64,000 nucleotides of DNA from the human T2T-CHM13v2.0 reference genome, Homo sapiens: the NCBI RefSeq assembly GCF_009914755.1, contig NC_060925.1. One strand, 5' to 3'. Of the stretch, positions 51,656 through 64,000 are shown in pieces; the first letter of the stretch is position 1; the number at the start of each line of letters is the position of its first letter. The notes under the pieces are model-generated. The model saw nothing but the letters and a program-made list of their open reading frames with translations. It ran no database searches and was not told the DNA's origin. The position numbers were made by a program, and so were the translations under genes.

Positions 51656-52099
51656 GTATTCATTCACTTTGTTTCTGTGTAAACTGGAGATAATAATTAC
51701 CCATCTCATAGAATGATGTTAAGTCTCTGGCCCATAAAAATACTAAAAAATTATTTAAATGTGTTAATATAATGTGTATATAATAGGCACTTCTTTTTAA
51801 ATTTTTTGGCATACATTAATATTTGATTGTGGTGCCACTCTATTTGTGGCACACATTCCTGTTTTCTGCAGTCTACTTCTATTCACACCCGTTAGGATTC
51901 TTAACTATTACTTTACCTGGAATATGTTTCTAACCTGATTCCTTAACACCCTGCTTTTTCCCCCTAGAATTATTTATGCATCCTCACTAGACCATGAAGA
52001 GAATGAAGACAGTGTAATTTATCCTTCAACAAAAATGTATGAAACACTTCAACAAACCAAGGAATACAAAGATTAAAAAGAAAGTCCCCTGCCAGTCAC

Positions 52100-52224
52100 A
52101 GCCAGTCATAGTGTTTCCTGCCTGTAATCCCAGCACTTTGGGATAAGGCAGGCAGATTGTTTGAGATCAGGAGACCAGGCTGGGAAACATGGTGAAACCC
52201 TGTCTCAAAAGAAAAAAAAAAAAA
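52100..52224 (+). mobile_element. FLAM-like Alu monomer inside an antisense L2
   Basis: cctgtaatcccagcactttggg...aaccctgtctcaaaa. Confidence 0.8.
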
Positions 52225-52479
52225 GCCCTCACTCTCAGGGTATTCACAATTCAGGCTCAATATAAAGCAAAAATTAAACATAAATACATTATGGTACTCT
52301 GACAAAGGTAAGAAGCAAATAGGAGGAGTTAACTGATCCTGTCTATGAGAATCAGAGAAAACTTCAGGAGGAGATGGTACCTAAGAGATGGTACCTAAGC
52401 ATAGGGTCAATGAATAAGTAGAATTTAGTCCAGAAGAATACAGATCAGACTGTTAACAGTGGTTATCTGTGGAGAGAGA

Positions 52480-52481
<2 letters not shown>

Positions 52482-52518
<37 letters not shown>
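52482..52518. repeat. (TG)n microsatellite
   Basis: Direct reading. Confidence 0.9.
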
Positions 52519-52520
<2 letters not shown>

Positions 52521-52644
52521 TTTCGAGAGGGGAGATCAAGATGAAGGAATACTTACCTTTTAACTGCGTGTATTTTTGTGTTGTGTGAATGTTTTACTAA
52601 GAATGTGTAATCATCAGTTGTTTGTGTAGTTTAAAAAAGAACAT

Positions 52645-52825
52645 TAGCTTGAAGGTCTAATATATGCCAGCCCCTGTGGTAAATGCTCTGTATACATTAT
52701 TGCATTTAACTCTAACAATCATCATTGTACATATACCAAGAGAGGCTAAACATCTTGCTCAGTTGTCACAGCTGGTAAATAATAGAACCATAATTTGAAC
52801 CCAGGGTTTTTCTGGCTTCAGATCC
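52645..52825 (-). mobile_element. MIR fragment
   Basis: tatatgccagcccctgtggtaaatgct...gtcacagctggtaaat...tttgaacccagg. Confidence 0.6.
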
Positions 52826-54574
52826 GATGACTGATAGATACACCATTAGGATTAACAAAACCCAAGGGACTGCTATTAAATTTGTGGACCATGGGGTTTT
52901 GTGCTGCGTAGGGAAAGAGGTAGGGCTGGAAGTAAAGCCAAAGAGTGGTTATAAATTGGGGGTGTGGGAAGGGAAAAGGCAAGTGTATGGGAATCTCAAT
53001 GCACTAAAATTATAGTGGAATTAAGGTAGTAAAAACTGAAATAATGATCAGAGAGAAGCGTATTATCATCAAAGAATGGAATATAAAAGTTGAAATTTCA
53101 GAGGCAAAGCAGTTTGGGACTGAGGTGGGGGAGGGTGGAGGACAGCATGGAAAATAGGGGGAGAGTGATCATAGTTAGCATTTATTAAGTTTTTAGAGTA
53201 CTGGGTACTATACTGAGCACTTTGTGTGCATTGTCTTACTTAATCCTCACAATCCATAGTAAGGTAAATACTATCGTCACTTTCATTTAATAGATGATAT
53301 GGTTTTGATTACTTTCCCAAATTAAGCTAATAGAATCAAATTTTCATAAGGCAGCTTCATTTCATAGTCAATTTTATTACTGTATTATTCAGCAGATTTT
53401 TTCCAATGTTATTTTTTAAATCATTTCTTAGAGTTTTACAAAATAATTATAATCACAAATATTAATGATTTAGTATTAAATAACGTGACTTAAAACACCT
53501 GTTTTGTTATATTATGGTTGTATTTTATTATGCTTTTCAGATCAAATAAAAGAGAATCAATGTGAGTGCTAAACTAAACTACTTATTTTGGACAGCTACC
53601 ATTTTAAAATTCAGAGCAGGCTATACTTCAAAGAATTTAATTTATGGGAGGAAAATGATTTTATGGATATTCAAACTAAGAGTTTGAACACAAAATAAAG
53701 GTAAGAACTGGCAAAAAAACCTTTTATTTGGAAACATTTAAAAATCATTTTATAAAGCAAACAGAAGAAAATGTCAGCAAGATAAAAATATCTATAAAAA
53801 ATCAACAAGAAAAAAACACTTAATTCTACCTTAACAGAAAAAGTGATATTGCTGGGAATTATAAACTTGAAGAAACATAGAGATATCAAATTATGTATTA
53901 AAAGAAAATTTTAAATTAACCAAAAAAAAGAGAAAACAGTTGAAAAGAATACCTAATCCAACATACTTTAATAAATATTAACAGTACGATCTGACACATG
54001 GTTGGTAAATGCATTGAGAAATGCTCCTGGAAATAAAAAAAGGTTTAGTAAGCATCTTAGTATTAAATTTAACTAACTCTCTTCGGAATGACAAAAACAA
54101 TCACTTCAAACTAAAAACAAAAAATAGATATTATGTCTCTAGTAGATTGTTAACATTTCTTAACTCAAAGATAATTAGAGTTTCAGAACATGAAAATCAT
54201 ATGACCTGTTTAAACAACTGCCTTCAAAACTATTCTATGTGTTAAATAGGAAAATATAGGGACAAAAGTCCCGCAATGTTTTATTTAAAGCATGTCATGG
54301 AGGTTTATGGTCTTTACATGGTTTAATAAATGGTAGAGACACTTGGCAAGTGTTTACAGAAATATCATTTACCAACCAAAATTCACCCAAAAAAGGAAGT
54401 CAAAGTCCCTAGTCTTCCTAACTTCTGTTGACAAAAAACAACCAAAATTCAAAAGAGTCAAGTTACAGAAAATATAGATTTGATTGTAATACAACAAGAA
54501 TATTCAAAGTATTAGTCAATGTCACATTTGAGTTATTAAATCACATTCAAATAATGCAAATGTATCAAAAAGCT

Positions 54575-54870
54575 ATTAGATTTATTTAGAAATTCATGGC
54601 AGTCTCTTAACAAGTTGAATATATTATTAAAAACTTAAAAAACTGTCTTATTGTAAATATACGTATATATATATTTTTAAACTGCAGAATAGTAGCATCA
54701 GGGAAAAACACAAAAAAGAACCATTACATTTATTTAAAAATTCATGACAGTCTCCTAACAACTTCAAATGTATTTAAAACCAAAAAAATTGTCTTATTGT
54801 AAATAAATAAATACATATATATGTGTGTGTATATTTTAACTACAGAATAGTAGCATCAGGGGAAAACACA
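54575..54870. repeat. Diverged 148-bp tandem duplication
   Basis: Shared blocks tttattta-aaattcatg-cagtctc-taacaa, tgtcttattgtaaata, cagaatagtagcatcaggg; copies start at 54575 and 54723. Confidence 0.92.
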
Positions 54871-55723
54871 GGAACATTTTTCACAAATGTAAAGTATAAT
54901 TTTCTTCTCATGGATTTAAAACTTGAAGGCCAGGAAGTCTTATGCCAGATAAACAAGACAAATAGGAAAACTAATAGTTAATTTTATATATTCCTTAGTG
55001 AGATGGATTACTCATCATTAAAATTGAACTTTCATAAGCCTGCTGCTTCAAGTACTTTAAATAAAAGAAAGACGTGCACCATAGATGATCAAACTGTCAC
55101 AATAACTGTAGGTAAACTTGAGATCACAATGCTTTTCCTCTGTATGAGTACACATTATTAGTATTTTTAAATGTTATTTCTGAGATTTGAAAAAGCAGTC
55201 TATAGGCTGTATAGTTGTCCAAGAATTTCATAGATTATACTTTTGACGGTTAACCGGTTCTTCAATTTTCATTATTTAGGCTAATGTCATTGCATTGAAA
55301 TATATCCTAGGTTACTAGAGAAAAGCTTCTGAAGACATTATTTCCCTATTTCTAACATAAAAGAACTGTCAAAAGGAATATGGACACCTGTGACTTTTAA
55401 ACATATCTTGAACAAGAAATTAAGGATCCAAGTACTTTTCCCCTCTTCTCAAAACTTCTATCAGTTATATGTGTGACGTATTGTACTTAACAGGGGCTCC
55501 TTGAAATAACAGTTTATGTAAGCAGAGTGAAAGGGAATCGCATAGTGAGGTTTTAACAAGTCCTCTTTCTAGCAACAGATTATTTCTTTGTTGAAAACAC
55601 TTGAAATTAATTGTGGAATATTTATAATTATTTCTCTTTCACAACATTAATGTAGTTCCCACCACAAGGGTACTAACAATTTCCTCTTTAACCATGTAAG
55701 TATGATTAAATGGATTATTTTTT

Positions 55724-55782
55724 CAGGGTAAGTAGGATGAAGTCTAATATGTGTTAGATTAGACTTCATCCTACTTACCCTG
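55724..55782. repeat. Perfect inverted repeat, 25-bp arms and 9-nt loop
   Basis: cagggtaagtaggatgaagtctaat (55724-55748) is the exact reverse complement of 55758-55782. Confidence 0.97.
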
Positions 55783-55801
55783 CGTGTGTGTGTGTGTGTA
55801 C

Positions 55802-56098
55802 TTTTTTTTTTTTTTTTTAGAGACTCTGTAACCTAGGCTGGGGTGCAGTGGTGTGATCATACCTCACTGCAGCATCAAACTCCTGGGCTCAAGCAATTCT
55901 GCCTCAGCCTCCCGAGTAGCTAGGACTACCAGGCGCACACTACCATGCTTAGGTAAGTTTTTTTATTATTATTATTTCTGTAGAGAAAGGGTCTCGCTAT
56001 GTTGCCCAGGCTGGTCTCAAACTCCTGGGCTCAAGTGATTCTCTCACCTCAGCCTCCCAGAGCACTGAGATTACAGGCGTGAGCAACCATGCCTGGCC
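55802..56098 (-). mobile_element. AluJ-like
   Basis: Antisense Alu. Confidence 0.92.
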
Positions 56099-56177
56099 TG
56101 AAATGTTATATATTTATATAATACGATGTTTTTGCTAGTTTTGCATAAATTGTCTCATTTAACTTTCTCACAGAAAT

Positions 56178-56491
56178 CTTTCTTTTCTTTTCTTTTCTTT
56201 TTTTGTGAGACCGAGTCTCGCTCTGTCGCCCAGGCTGGAGGGCAGTGGCACAAACTCGGTCACTGCAAGCTCCGCCTCCCGGGTTCACGCCATTCTCCTG
56301 CCTCAGCCTCGCGAGTAGCTGCGACTACAGGCGCCCGCCATCATGCTTGGCTATTTTTTTGTGTGTGTTTTTTAGTAGAGACGGGGTTTCACTGTGTTAG
56401 TCAGGATGGCCTGGATCTCCTGACCTCATGATCCACCTGGCTCGGCCTCCCAAAGTGCTGGGATTACAGGCGTGAGCCACCGCGCCCGGCC
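56178..56491 (-). mobile_element. AluY
   Basis: Diagnostic gcaagctccgcctcccgggttcacgccattc, CpG-rich; TSD agaaatcttt. Confidence 0.92.
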
Positions 56492-57053
56492 AGAAATCTT
56501 TTTCACTTTAATCAAAATTCAGAGAAGTGAATGCCTCATCCAAAATCCCCCAGACCATAGCAGAAATTGAAATCAAGTCTCTTATTACTCCAGATCTCAT
56601 GTTTATACAGACTGTCCTGTCTCTGTATGATAAGTAAGTGGTAATTCCTCAGTATCTGTACTCTCGTTTATATTTAGAGTCTGCTCTAGATAATCAGTTT
56701 AAGAAAAATGAAATATGTTCTATCTTTAGTTTTGAATGATGACTATGTAATCATAGTACTAGGCTCTTTATCTAAGGCTTCAATGCCTTTTGGGAAGAAA
56801 AAAGAAGACTCAAAGAAATAAAATATGTTTAACAGTCAGATAAGTTCCAAGAGAGATTTTCTATTTTTTTCCCTGTCAGCTACTCCAAATGTATCTCAGA
56901 TGCCTTACACTAATCAGAAAAGGGAGTAAACATGTTCCCCTCTCTTCTGATTGAACAAACAAGGAAACTCAAATAAAGTTCAATTAATTCTGTACTCCAG
57001 TTTTACGATGGTAAAATTTAAATCATGCAGAACTTCCAGGAGAGATGAAAAGT

Positions 57054-57237
57054 TGGGCATGCAGGTGTGGCGGTGTGTGCCTGTAGTCTCAGCTTCAAGG
57101 CTGCACAGTGAGCTATGATTGTGCTACTGTACTTCAGCCTCAGCAATAGAGTGAGACCGTGTCTCAAACAACGACGACAACAACAACAACAACAACAACA
57201 AAAGCAAAGAAACAAAAAAACAGAAAGGAAAAGAAAA
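57054..57237 (+). mobile_element. Alu right-arm fragment with (CAA)n tail
   Basis: gcctgtagtctcagct...gagaccgtgtctc; gaaaagttgg flanks. Confidence 0.85.
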
Positions 57238-57835
57238 GTTGGCCATTGTATCCCCAATCCAGCTCGTTGTGCACAAATCATGTGTCTAGGACCACATCGC
57301 TTTTCTTGGGCATTTCCTCTACTGTTGAAAAATATCCTACAGAGAACTTTCTCTTCCTTAGAATACCTTCTTCTCTCTTTTCCCTGTGCCTGGCACATTT
57401 GAACTCTTTTGTCACTTCTTCCATACTCCAAAACACCCGCAATCTGCCCTCTTCCCCTCTATTTCAGGTTGTAGCCTTTCCTCTAACAGGTATGCCTAGA
57501 AAATCATGCCTTAGTCATGCGGTGGCACTTCATCATTATCATTTCTTTTGCCTATTTTCTCTGCTGGATGGAGAGGAGTAACTCCAAGCTTTTTCTTCCC
57601 ATTTTCTCTTTTGTTTGTTTTTGGTTACTCTGGATATAAAAAAAAAATCAGACATCTAGACATCTCTCACTGTGAAAATTCATCTTGTATCAATAGCTCT
57701 CATCTGACATGTGCACTACATTCATATTCTTACTAGGCTAAGTTTTAGATCTTTTAATGCTAAAAAAGCATCTGTTTCTACTGACCCTTTGTTAAATTAG
57801 CCTTAGCACATGCATGCTCAGTTGCCTCCTCCTGA

Positions 57836-58152
57836 CTTGTCTTGTCTTGTCTCGTCCGGTCCCATCCCTTCCCTTTGCCTCCCCTCCCTTCCCCTTTCCT
57901 TTCCTTTTCTCTCTCTCCCTTCCTTCCTTCCTTCCTTTTCTCTCTCTCTCTGTCTCTCTCTTTCTCTCTTTCTTTCTTTTGAGACAAGTTCTCACTCTGT
58001 CACCCAGGCTAGAGTGCATAGCTCACTGTATCCTCAAACTCCTGGGCTCAAGCAATCTTCCCACTTCAGTCTCCCAAGTAGCTAGGACTGCAGGTGTACG
58101 CCACCACACCTGACTTTTATTTTTGTAGAGATGGGGTCTTGCTATGTTTCTC
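57836..58152 (-). mobile_element. Partial AluJ with compound pyrimidine tail
   Basis: gagacaagttctcactctgtcacccaggct; CT-rich tract. Confidence 0.85.
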
Positions 58153-58593
58153 CTGATTCTTGAGGGATTTTTGTTTTTCCTTCAATGCAGCAAATAGGGA
58201 ATGTAGTCAGGGCACTCTGAGAAATATGAAAACATAGCTCCGAAAAGAGTTTACTATCTAGTGGAAAAGACAACCTCTTAGCTGTAAGAGGTCCTGCATT
58301 TCCTTAAAAAGGAGCTTAAGGAATGTGCATTCTCATTGGAAGTGAGAGTTAGGAGATTTGTCTTGAAATTGACAATAGCAAGCACACAATCTTTAAACTG
58401 TGTTTGGGATGGCTTGAGTAGAGACGTATTGAAATTAAGGGAGAACTAAAGTGACCAAACTGCCTCTTGGGCTGTCAGTCTCTTTCAGGTTCCGTTTCTG
58501 ACTTCATGTGATTTTGTAAGGCAGATATATTCGTGAAATAGGCTGATGGTGCTATAGATAAACTGCAAACAGAGGTAAGAAAGGTGAAGGAGA

Positions 58594-58893
58594 GGCCAGG
58601 CGTGGTGGCTCACGCCTGTAATCCCAGCACTTTGGGGGCCTGAGGTGGGTGGATCACAAGGTCAGGGGTCAAGACCAACCTGGTCAAGATAGTGAGATCC
58701 TGTCTTACTCAAAATACAAAAAATTAGCTGGGTGTGGTGGTGGGCGCCTGTAATCCCAGCTACTCAGGAGGTTGAGGCAGAGAATTGCTTGAATCTCCGC
58801 CAGGAGGCGGAGGCTGCAGTGAGCCGAGATGGCACCACTGCACTCCAGGCTGGGCGACAGAGCGAGACTCCATCTCAAAAAAAAAAAAAAAAA
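58594..58893 (+). mobile_element. AluS
   Basis: Full Alu followed by a G-run. Confidence 0.93.
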
Positions 58894-58899
58894 GGGGGG

Positions 58900-59185
58900 G
58901 GGGAAGGAGAATTAATTCCATCTGGTGAAATCTGAGATGGCTTCAGAGACAAGGTGGCATTTATACTAAACTTTTAAAAAGTAGGTAAGCTTCCAACAAG
59001 TAAAAAAGTTGAGTGAAAAGCATTCCAGAAGTATGGAACTAGGTAAACGATGACTAAAGAAGGAAAACCTGGTGCATATTTAGGAAGTGATGAGTATTCT
59101 GGTGTGAAAAGAAAAAAAATATGTATATGTATGGCAAGCAAATGCATTGGGAGATAGAGTTCGAAAGACAAGTTGAGGCAAAATC
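58900..59185 (-). mobile_element. L2 fragment
   Basis: atctgagatggcttcagagacaaggtggcattt; gaaagcattccag-like motif. Confidence 0.5.
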
Positions 59186-59817
59186 TAATTTAGTAACTAG
59201 AGTAGCAATGCTGCTAAGTATTGGAGCAAGGACTTGAATTCAAATCCTATCTCCAGATCCTACATTCATTCCTTGAACCATGTGGCCGGCTAGCAATAAA
59301 GAATTAGTAATGCCTTTGCACTCTGTTTGTATGCTTTCTTTATTCATAAAAAGATCTAGAATCCTATGATAGAAATTTGAACTTTAGGGAACTATTGAAA
59401 CTATTTGAGCAGGAGTTTTTATTTTTTTATTGCTAGCATAACATACCTCAGTCACTTCACAGATCTCTTAATGATATAAATTTAACAAGTTTGCTTTTTT
59501 CCCCTCCATGTGTAAAAATGCTTCCTATCTTGCATATCTGTAATTTTCTCCTCTTTAAGCAGTTATAAACTGATGTCTACCTCAGCTCTTCATTACCTAA
59601 AGCTTAAAAAAGTGACCTAAGTTGGTGGGCAATTTAAGGGTAATATACTCTGAAGTAAATCTAAATTATTTTTCCTCTTTTTTTCTTTTCTTTTTTTTTA
59701 CACCACTGCCCCCATTCTACCATTCTACACTACAGAAGAGAAAAAGAGAAAAAATAATTTCTCCACCACCACTTCGCCCTCCACCACCATTCTACTCTCT
59801 ACTTCAATTACTTCAAC

Positions 59818-60110
59818 TTTTTTCTTTTTTTTGAGACAGAGTCTCACCCTGTCTTCCAGGCTGGAGTGCAGTGGTGCAATGTTGGCTCACTGCAACCTCT
59901 GCCTCCAGCGTTCAAGTTATTCTCCTACCTCAGCCTCCAAGTAGCTGGGATTACAGGCAGGCACCACCATGCCCAGCTAATTTTGTATTTTTAGTAGAGA
60001 CCAGGTTTCACCATGTTGGCCAGGCTGGTCTTGAACTCCTGACCTCAAGTGATCTGCCTGCCTCAGTCTCCCAAAGTGCTGGGATTACAAGCATGAGCCA
60101 CCGCACCGGC
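59818..60110 (-). mobile_element. AluS
   Basis: Antisense Alu; TSD tcaacttttt. Confidence 0.95.
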
Positions 60111-60381
60111 TCAACTTTTTAAGATTCTATATAAGTAAGATCATGTGGTATTTGTCTTTCTATGCCTGGCTTATTTCACTTAACATAGTATCTACCAGGT
60201 TCATTTATGTTGTCACAAATAACAGGATTTCCTTCTTTTTAAAGGCTGAATAGTATTTCATTGTGTATTATACCACATTTTCTTTATCCATTCATCTGTT
60301 TATAGACAGTTAGGTTGTTCCCATATTGTGACAATTGTGAATAATGCTGGAATGAACATGGAAGTGTAAACATCTCTTTGA

Positions 60382-60862
<481 letters not shown>

Positions 60863-62410
60863 TAGATCCATGGGCATGGGATGTGTCCATTTGTTTGCCT
60901 TCTTCAATTTCTTTCATCAGTGTTTTATAGTACTCATTGTAGAGATCTTTTACCTCCTTGGTTAAATTTATTCCTAGGTATTTTATTTTTTGTAGCTATT
61001 AGAAATGGGATTGCTTTCTGTATTTCTTTTTCAACTAGCTTGTTATTGGTCTATAGAAACATTACTGATTTTTGTATGTTGATTTTGTATCCTGCAACTT
61101 TACTGAATTTGTTTGTCACTTCTAAGAGTTTTTGGTTCAGTTTTTAGGATTTTCTATATATAAGATCATGTCATCTGCAAAGAGGGACAGTTTGAGTTTC
61201 TCTTTCCAATTTGGATGCTCTTTATTTCTTTCTCTTGCCTGATTGTTGTGGCTAGGACTTCCAGTACTACGCCGAATAAGAGTGATGAAAGTGAGCATCC
61301 TTGTCTTATTTCATTTCTTATAGGAAAGGCTTTCAGCTTTTTCCCCATTCAATATGATGTTAGCTGTGGGTTTTGTAATATATGGACTTTATTGTATTGA
61401 GATATGTTCCTTCTATGCCTAATTTGTTGAAGAGTTTGTATCATGAAGGGATGTTGAATGTTATCAAATGCTTCTTCTGCCTTTATTGAGATGGTCATAT
61501 GGTTTTTGTCCTTCATTCTGTTGTTGTGGTATATCATGTTTATTGATTTGGATATACTGAGCCATCCCCAGGATAAGACCCACTTGATCATGGTGTCATG
61601 ATCATATCTTTTTGATATGTTGTTGGATTCAGTTTGCTAGCGTCTTATTGAGAACATTTGTGTCTATGTTCATGAATGATATTGCCCTGTAATTTTGTTA
61701 TTGCTGTTGTGTCCTTGTCTGGTTTTGTATCAGGGTAGTGCTGGTCTCGTAGAATGAATTTAGAATAGTCCCCTTCTCTTCAAATTTTTTGAATAGTTTG
61801 AGAAGAATTTGTTAGTTTTTCTCCAAAAGTCTGGTGGAATTCAGTGGTAAACTCATTTGATCCTGGACTTTTCTTTGTTGGGAGACTTTTTATTACTGAT
61901 TCAATCTCATTACTTGTTATTGGTCTGTTCAGTTTTTTCATTCCTTCTTGGTAAAATTTTGGTAGGTTATATGTGTCCAGGAATTTATCAATTTCTTCTA
62001 GTTTTTGTATTGTTTTGGTGTATAGTTGTTGATAATAGTCTCTACTAATCATTTGTATATTTGTGGTATCTATTGTGATGCCTCCTTTTTCATTTCTGAC
62101 TTTATTTGAGTCTTCTCTCTTTGTTTCTGAAAAAAGGGGGAGTGTTATGGCTCTAGGAAGTTAGTTAAAAATTAAAAAAAAAATTTTAACGGGAGTTAGT
62201 TTAGCTAGTGTTTAGCTAATAGTTTGTTAATTTTGTTTATCTTTTTCAAATACCAACATTTTGTTTCATTGATCTTTCGCAATTCTTTTAGTTTCTATTT
62301 TGTTTATTTCTTCTCTGATTTTTATTATTTTTTTCCTTCTACTAATTTTGGGTTTGGTTTGTTCTTGCTTTTCTAGTTCCTTAAGGTGCATCATTAGATT
62401 GCTTCTTCGG

Positions 62411-64000
62411 TCTTTTTACTTGTCATTAGTCTGTTCAAGCTACCTATTCTTTCTGATTGAGTCTTATTAGGTTATAATTTCTTTCAGGTTATCCAACTTG
62501 TTGGCATATAATGTTCATAATAGTCCCTTATGACACTTTTTTTGTCCTAAGGTGTCTGTTATAATGTCTCCACTTTCATTTCTGATTTTATTGAGTCTTC
62601 TCTCTTTTTTTCATACTTAGTACTTAGCTAGGGGTGTGTTGATTTTGGTTATTTTTTCAAAGAACAAACTCCGGATTTTGTTGATTTTTTTTCCTATGGT
62701 TTTACTGTTCTCTATTTAATGTATTTCTGTCCTGATCTTCCTTCTGCTAACGTTAGGTTTAGTTTGTTCTTTTTCTAGCTCTTCGAGGTTTAATGTTAGG
62801 CTATTTATTTGAGATCTTCCTCCTTTTTAAACACAGACATTTATTGCTATTACTCCCCTCTTGGAACTGTTTTTTTACTGTTGTCTTCTAGTTGTTTTGT
62901 AGGTCATTTTTTCATTGCTTTCTCTCTGTAGTCCACCTTTGTGATTTGGTAATTTTTTCTAGTAGCTAAGCTTTAATTCCTTTATCTTTCTCTTTGTGTA
63001 TCTGCTATAGTCTTTTGCTTTGTTGTTACCATGGGGCTTACATAAAACTTCTTATAGTTACAATAGACTATTTTAAGATGGTAACATCTTAAATTTGGTC
63101 ACATATAAATACTGTGGACTTTTACTCTTCCCTCCTAATTTACATTTTTGTTGTTTTTCTGATCTTGAATTATCCATTTGTATTCTCATATATCTTGCTG
63201 AGCTTCCTTAAGATCATTATTTTGAATTCCTTTTCAGGAAATTTATAAATTTACATTTCTTTAGGGTCAATTATTCGAGGATTATTTTGTTCCTTTGGTG
63301 ATGTCATGTTTTCTTTTTCATGTTTCTCTGTCTGTGCATTGGTGTCTGCACATCTGGTGGAATTGTCAGTGCTTCCAAACCTTACAGAATGACTTTCATA
63401 AGAAAAGGCTTTCCCCTGCAGATGGGTCTTAGGGTGCCAGCTGGGAAGGGTATGGTGGCTTTGGTTACAAGTAGATGTAATAGTATAGCTGCCATGCAGA
63501 ATCTTCAGCTGCAATTAACGTCAGTGATGACATGGGTGCCTTAGTGACCTAGGCTGCAGAAGTTTGTTGCAGTGGCATCAGCAGCATATGCCATTAGTGT
63601 CCTCCATGGCAAGGGCTTTTAGGGTCCTCCTGTGTTTGTTTTCCCCAAAATGGGGAGTCTTTACTGAGGGGATCCTTCTTGGTATCAAGTCTGACATGAA
63701 CCACAAGCAACTGCAGTGGCACTGGGTTTCAGGGAGGAGATGCTCAGAGCAGCTGTGGAGCCAGGGTCCTGTGCTCAGGACCTCACCACTCTACTGTGGC
63801 ACCTGGGAATTTGGACACATGTTCACTCTCTGAGGCATAGGTAGGTGCTGACTGCCATAAAGCTAAGGTCTGTGACTCTGGTGCATACCTCAGCTGCTCA
63901 GGCCTAGGGGGCTGGGTTGTTGCTGTGACTCTGCCCCTGCTCCTCAGGGGCAGCACTGGCCCAGCTCTGGTAAAGAAGGGGTGCTCTGGGCTGGGGATAG
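62411..64000 (-). mobile_element. Second old L1M: ORF2 start, ORF1 remnants and GC-richer 5' region, running off the window
   Basis: ORF1-like ENMTSPKEQNNPRIIDPKEM; 63410-63460 resembles the L1 5' region at 36830. Confidence 0.75.

Noticed and set aside
52372-52399. Short tandem duplications here (gagatggtacctaa twice) and near 41203, 41907 and 12842
   Set aside because: Ordinary slippage-type micro-duplications with no further structure.
57115-57581. PolyQ, polyT and polyC ORFs
   Set aside because: They derive from the (CAA)n tail of an Alu fragment.

Overview
Repeat-dense, gene-poor simian primate (human-like) DNA, probably intergenic or deep intronic. Most of it is interspersed repeat: about 45 Alu elements or monomers, nested L1 fragments of several ages, MaLR/ERV LTRs (THE1 with internal region, THE1D, MST, MLT1, MER52, MER65, MER39-like, LTR33/LTR16-like), DNA transposons (a full-length decayed Tigger1, two Tigger2a, MER1B), L2/MIR and a 41-nt 5S rRNA retrocopy. 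I cannot support any host protein-coding gene: the ORF-track hits are Alu, L1 ORF2, Tigger1 transposase or LTR translations, or low-complexity artefacts. The main non-repeat islands are about 11.4-14.15 kb, 22.5-23.1 kb, 48.5-51.1 kb and 53.4-57.8 kb. The most notable unexplained structures are a perfect 25-bp-arm hairpin (55724-55782), a 148-bp tandem duplication carrying minus-strand poly(A) signals, a CpG-enriched unique segment near 50 kb, and DNA-transposon ends at apparent rearrangement junctions. I found no convincing new multi-gene system. Repeat subfamily names come from recalled consensus motifs and need RepeatMasker/Dfam confirmation; boundaries of old repeats are approximate.
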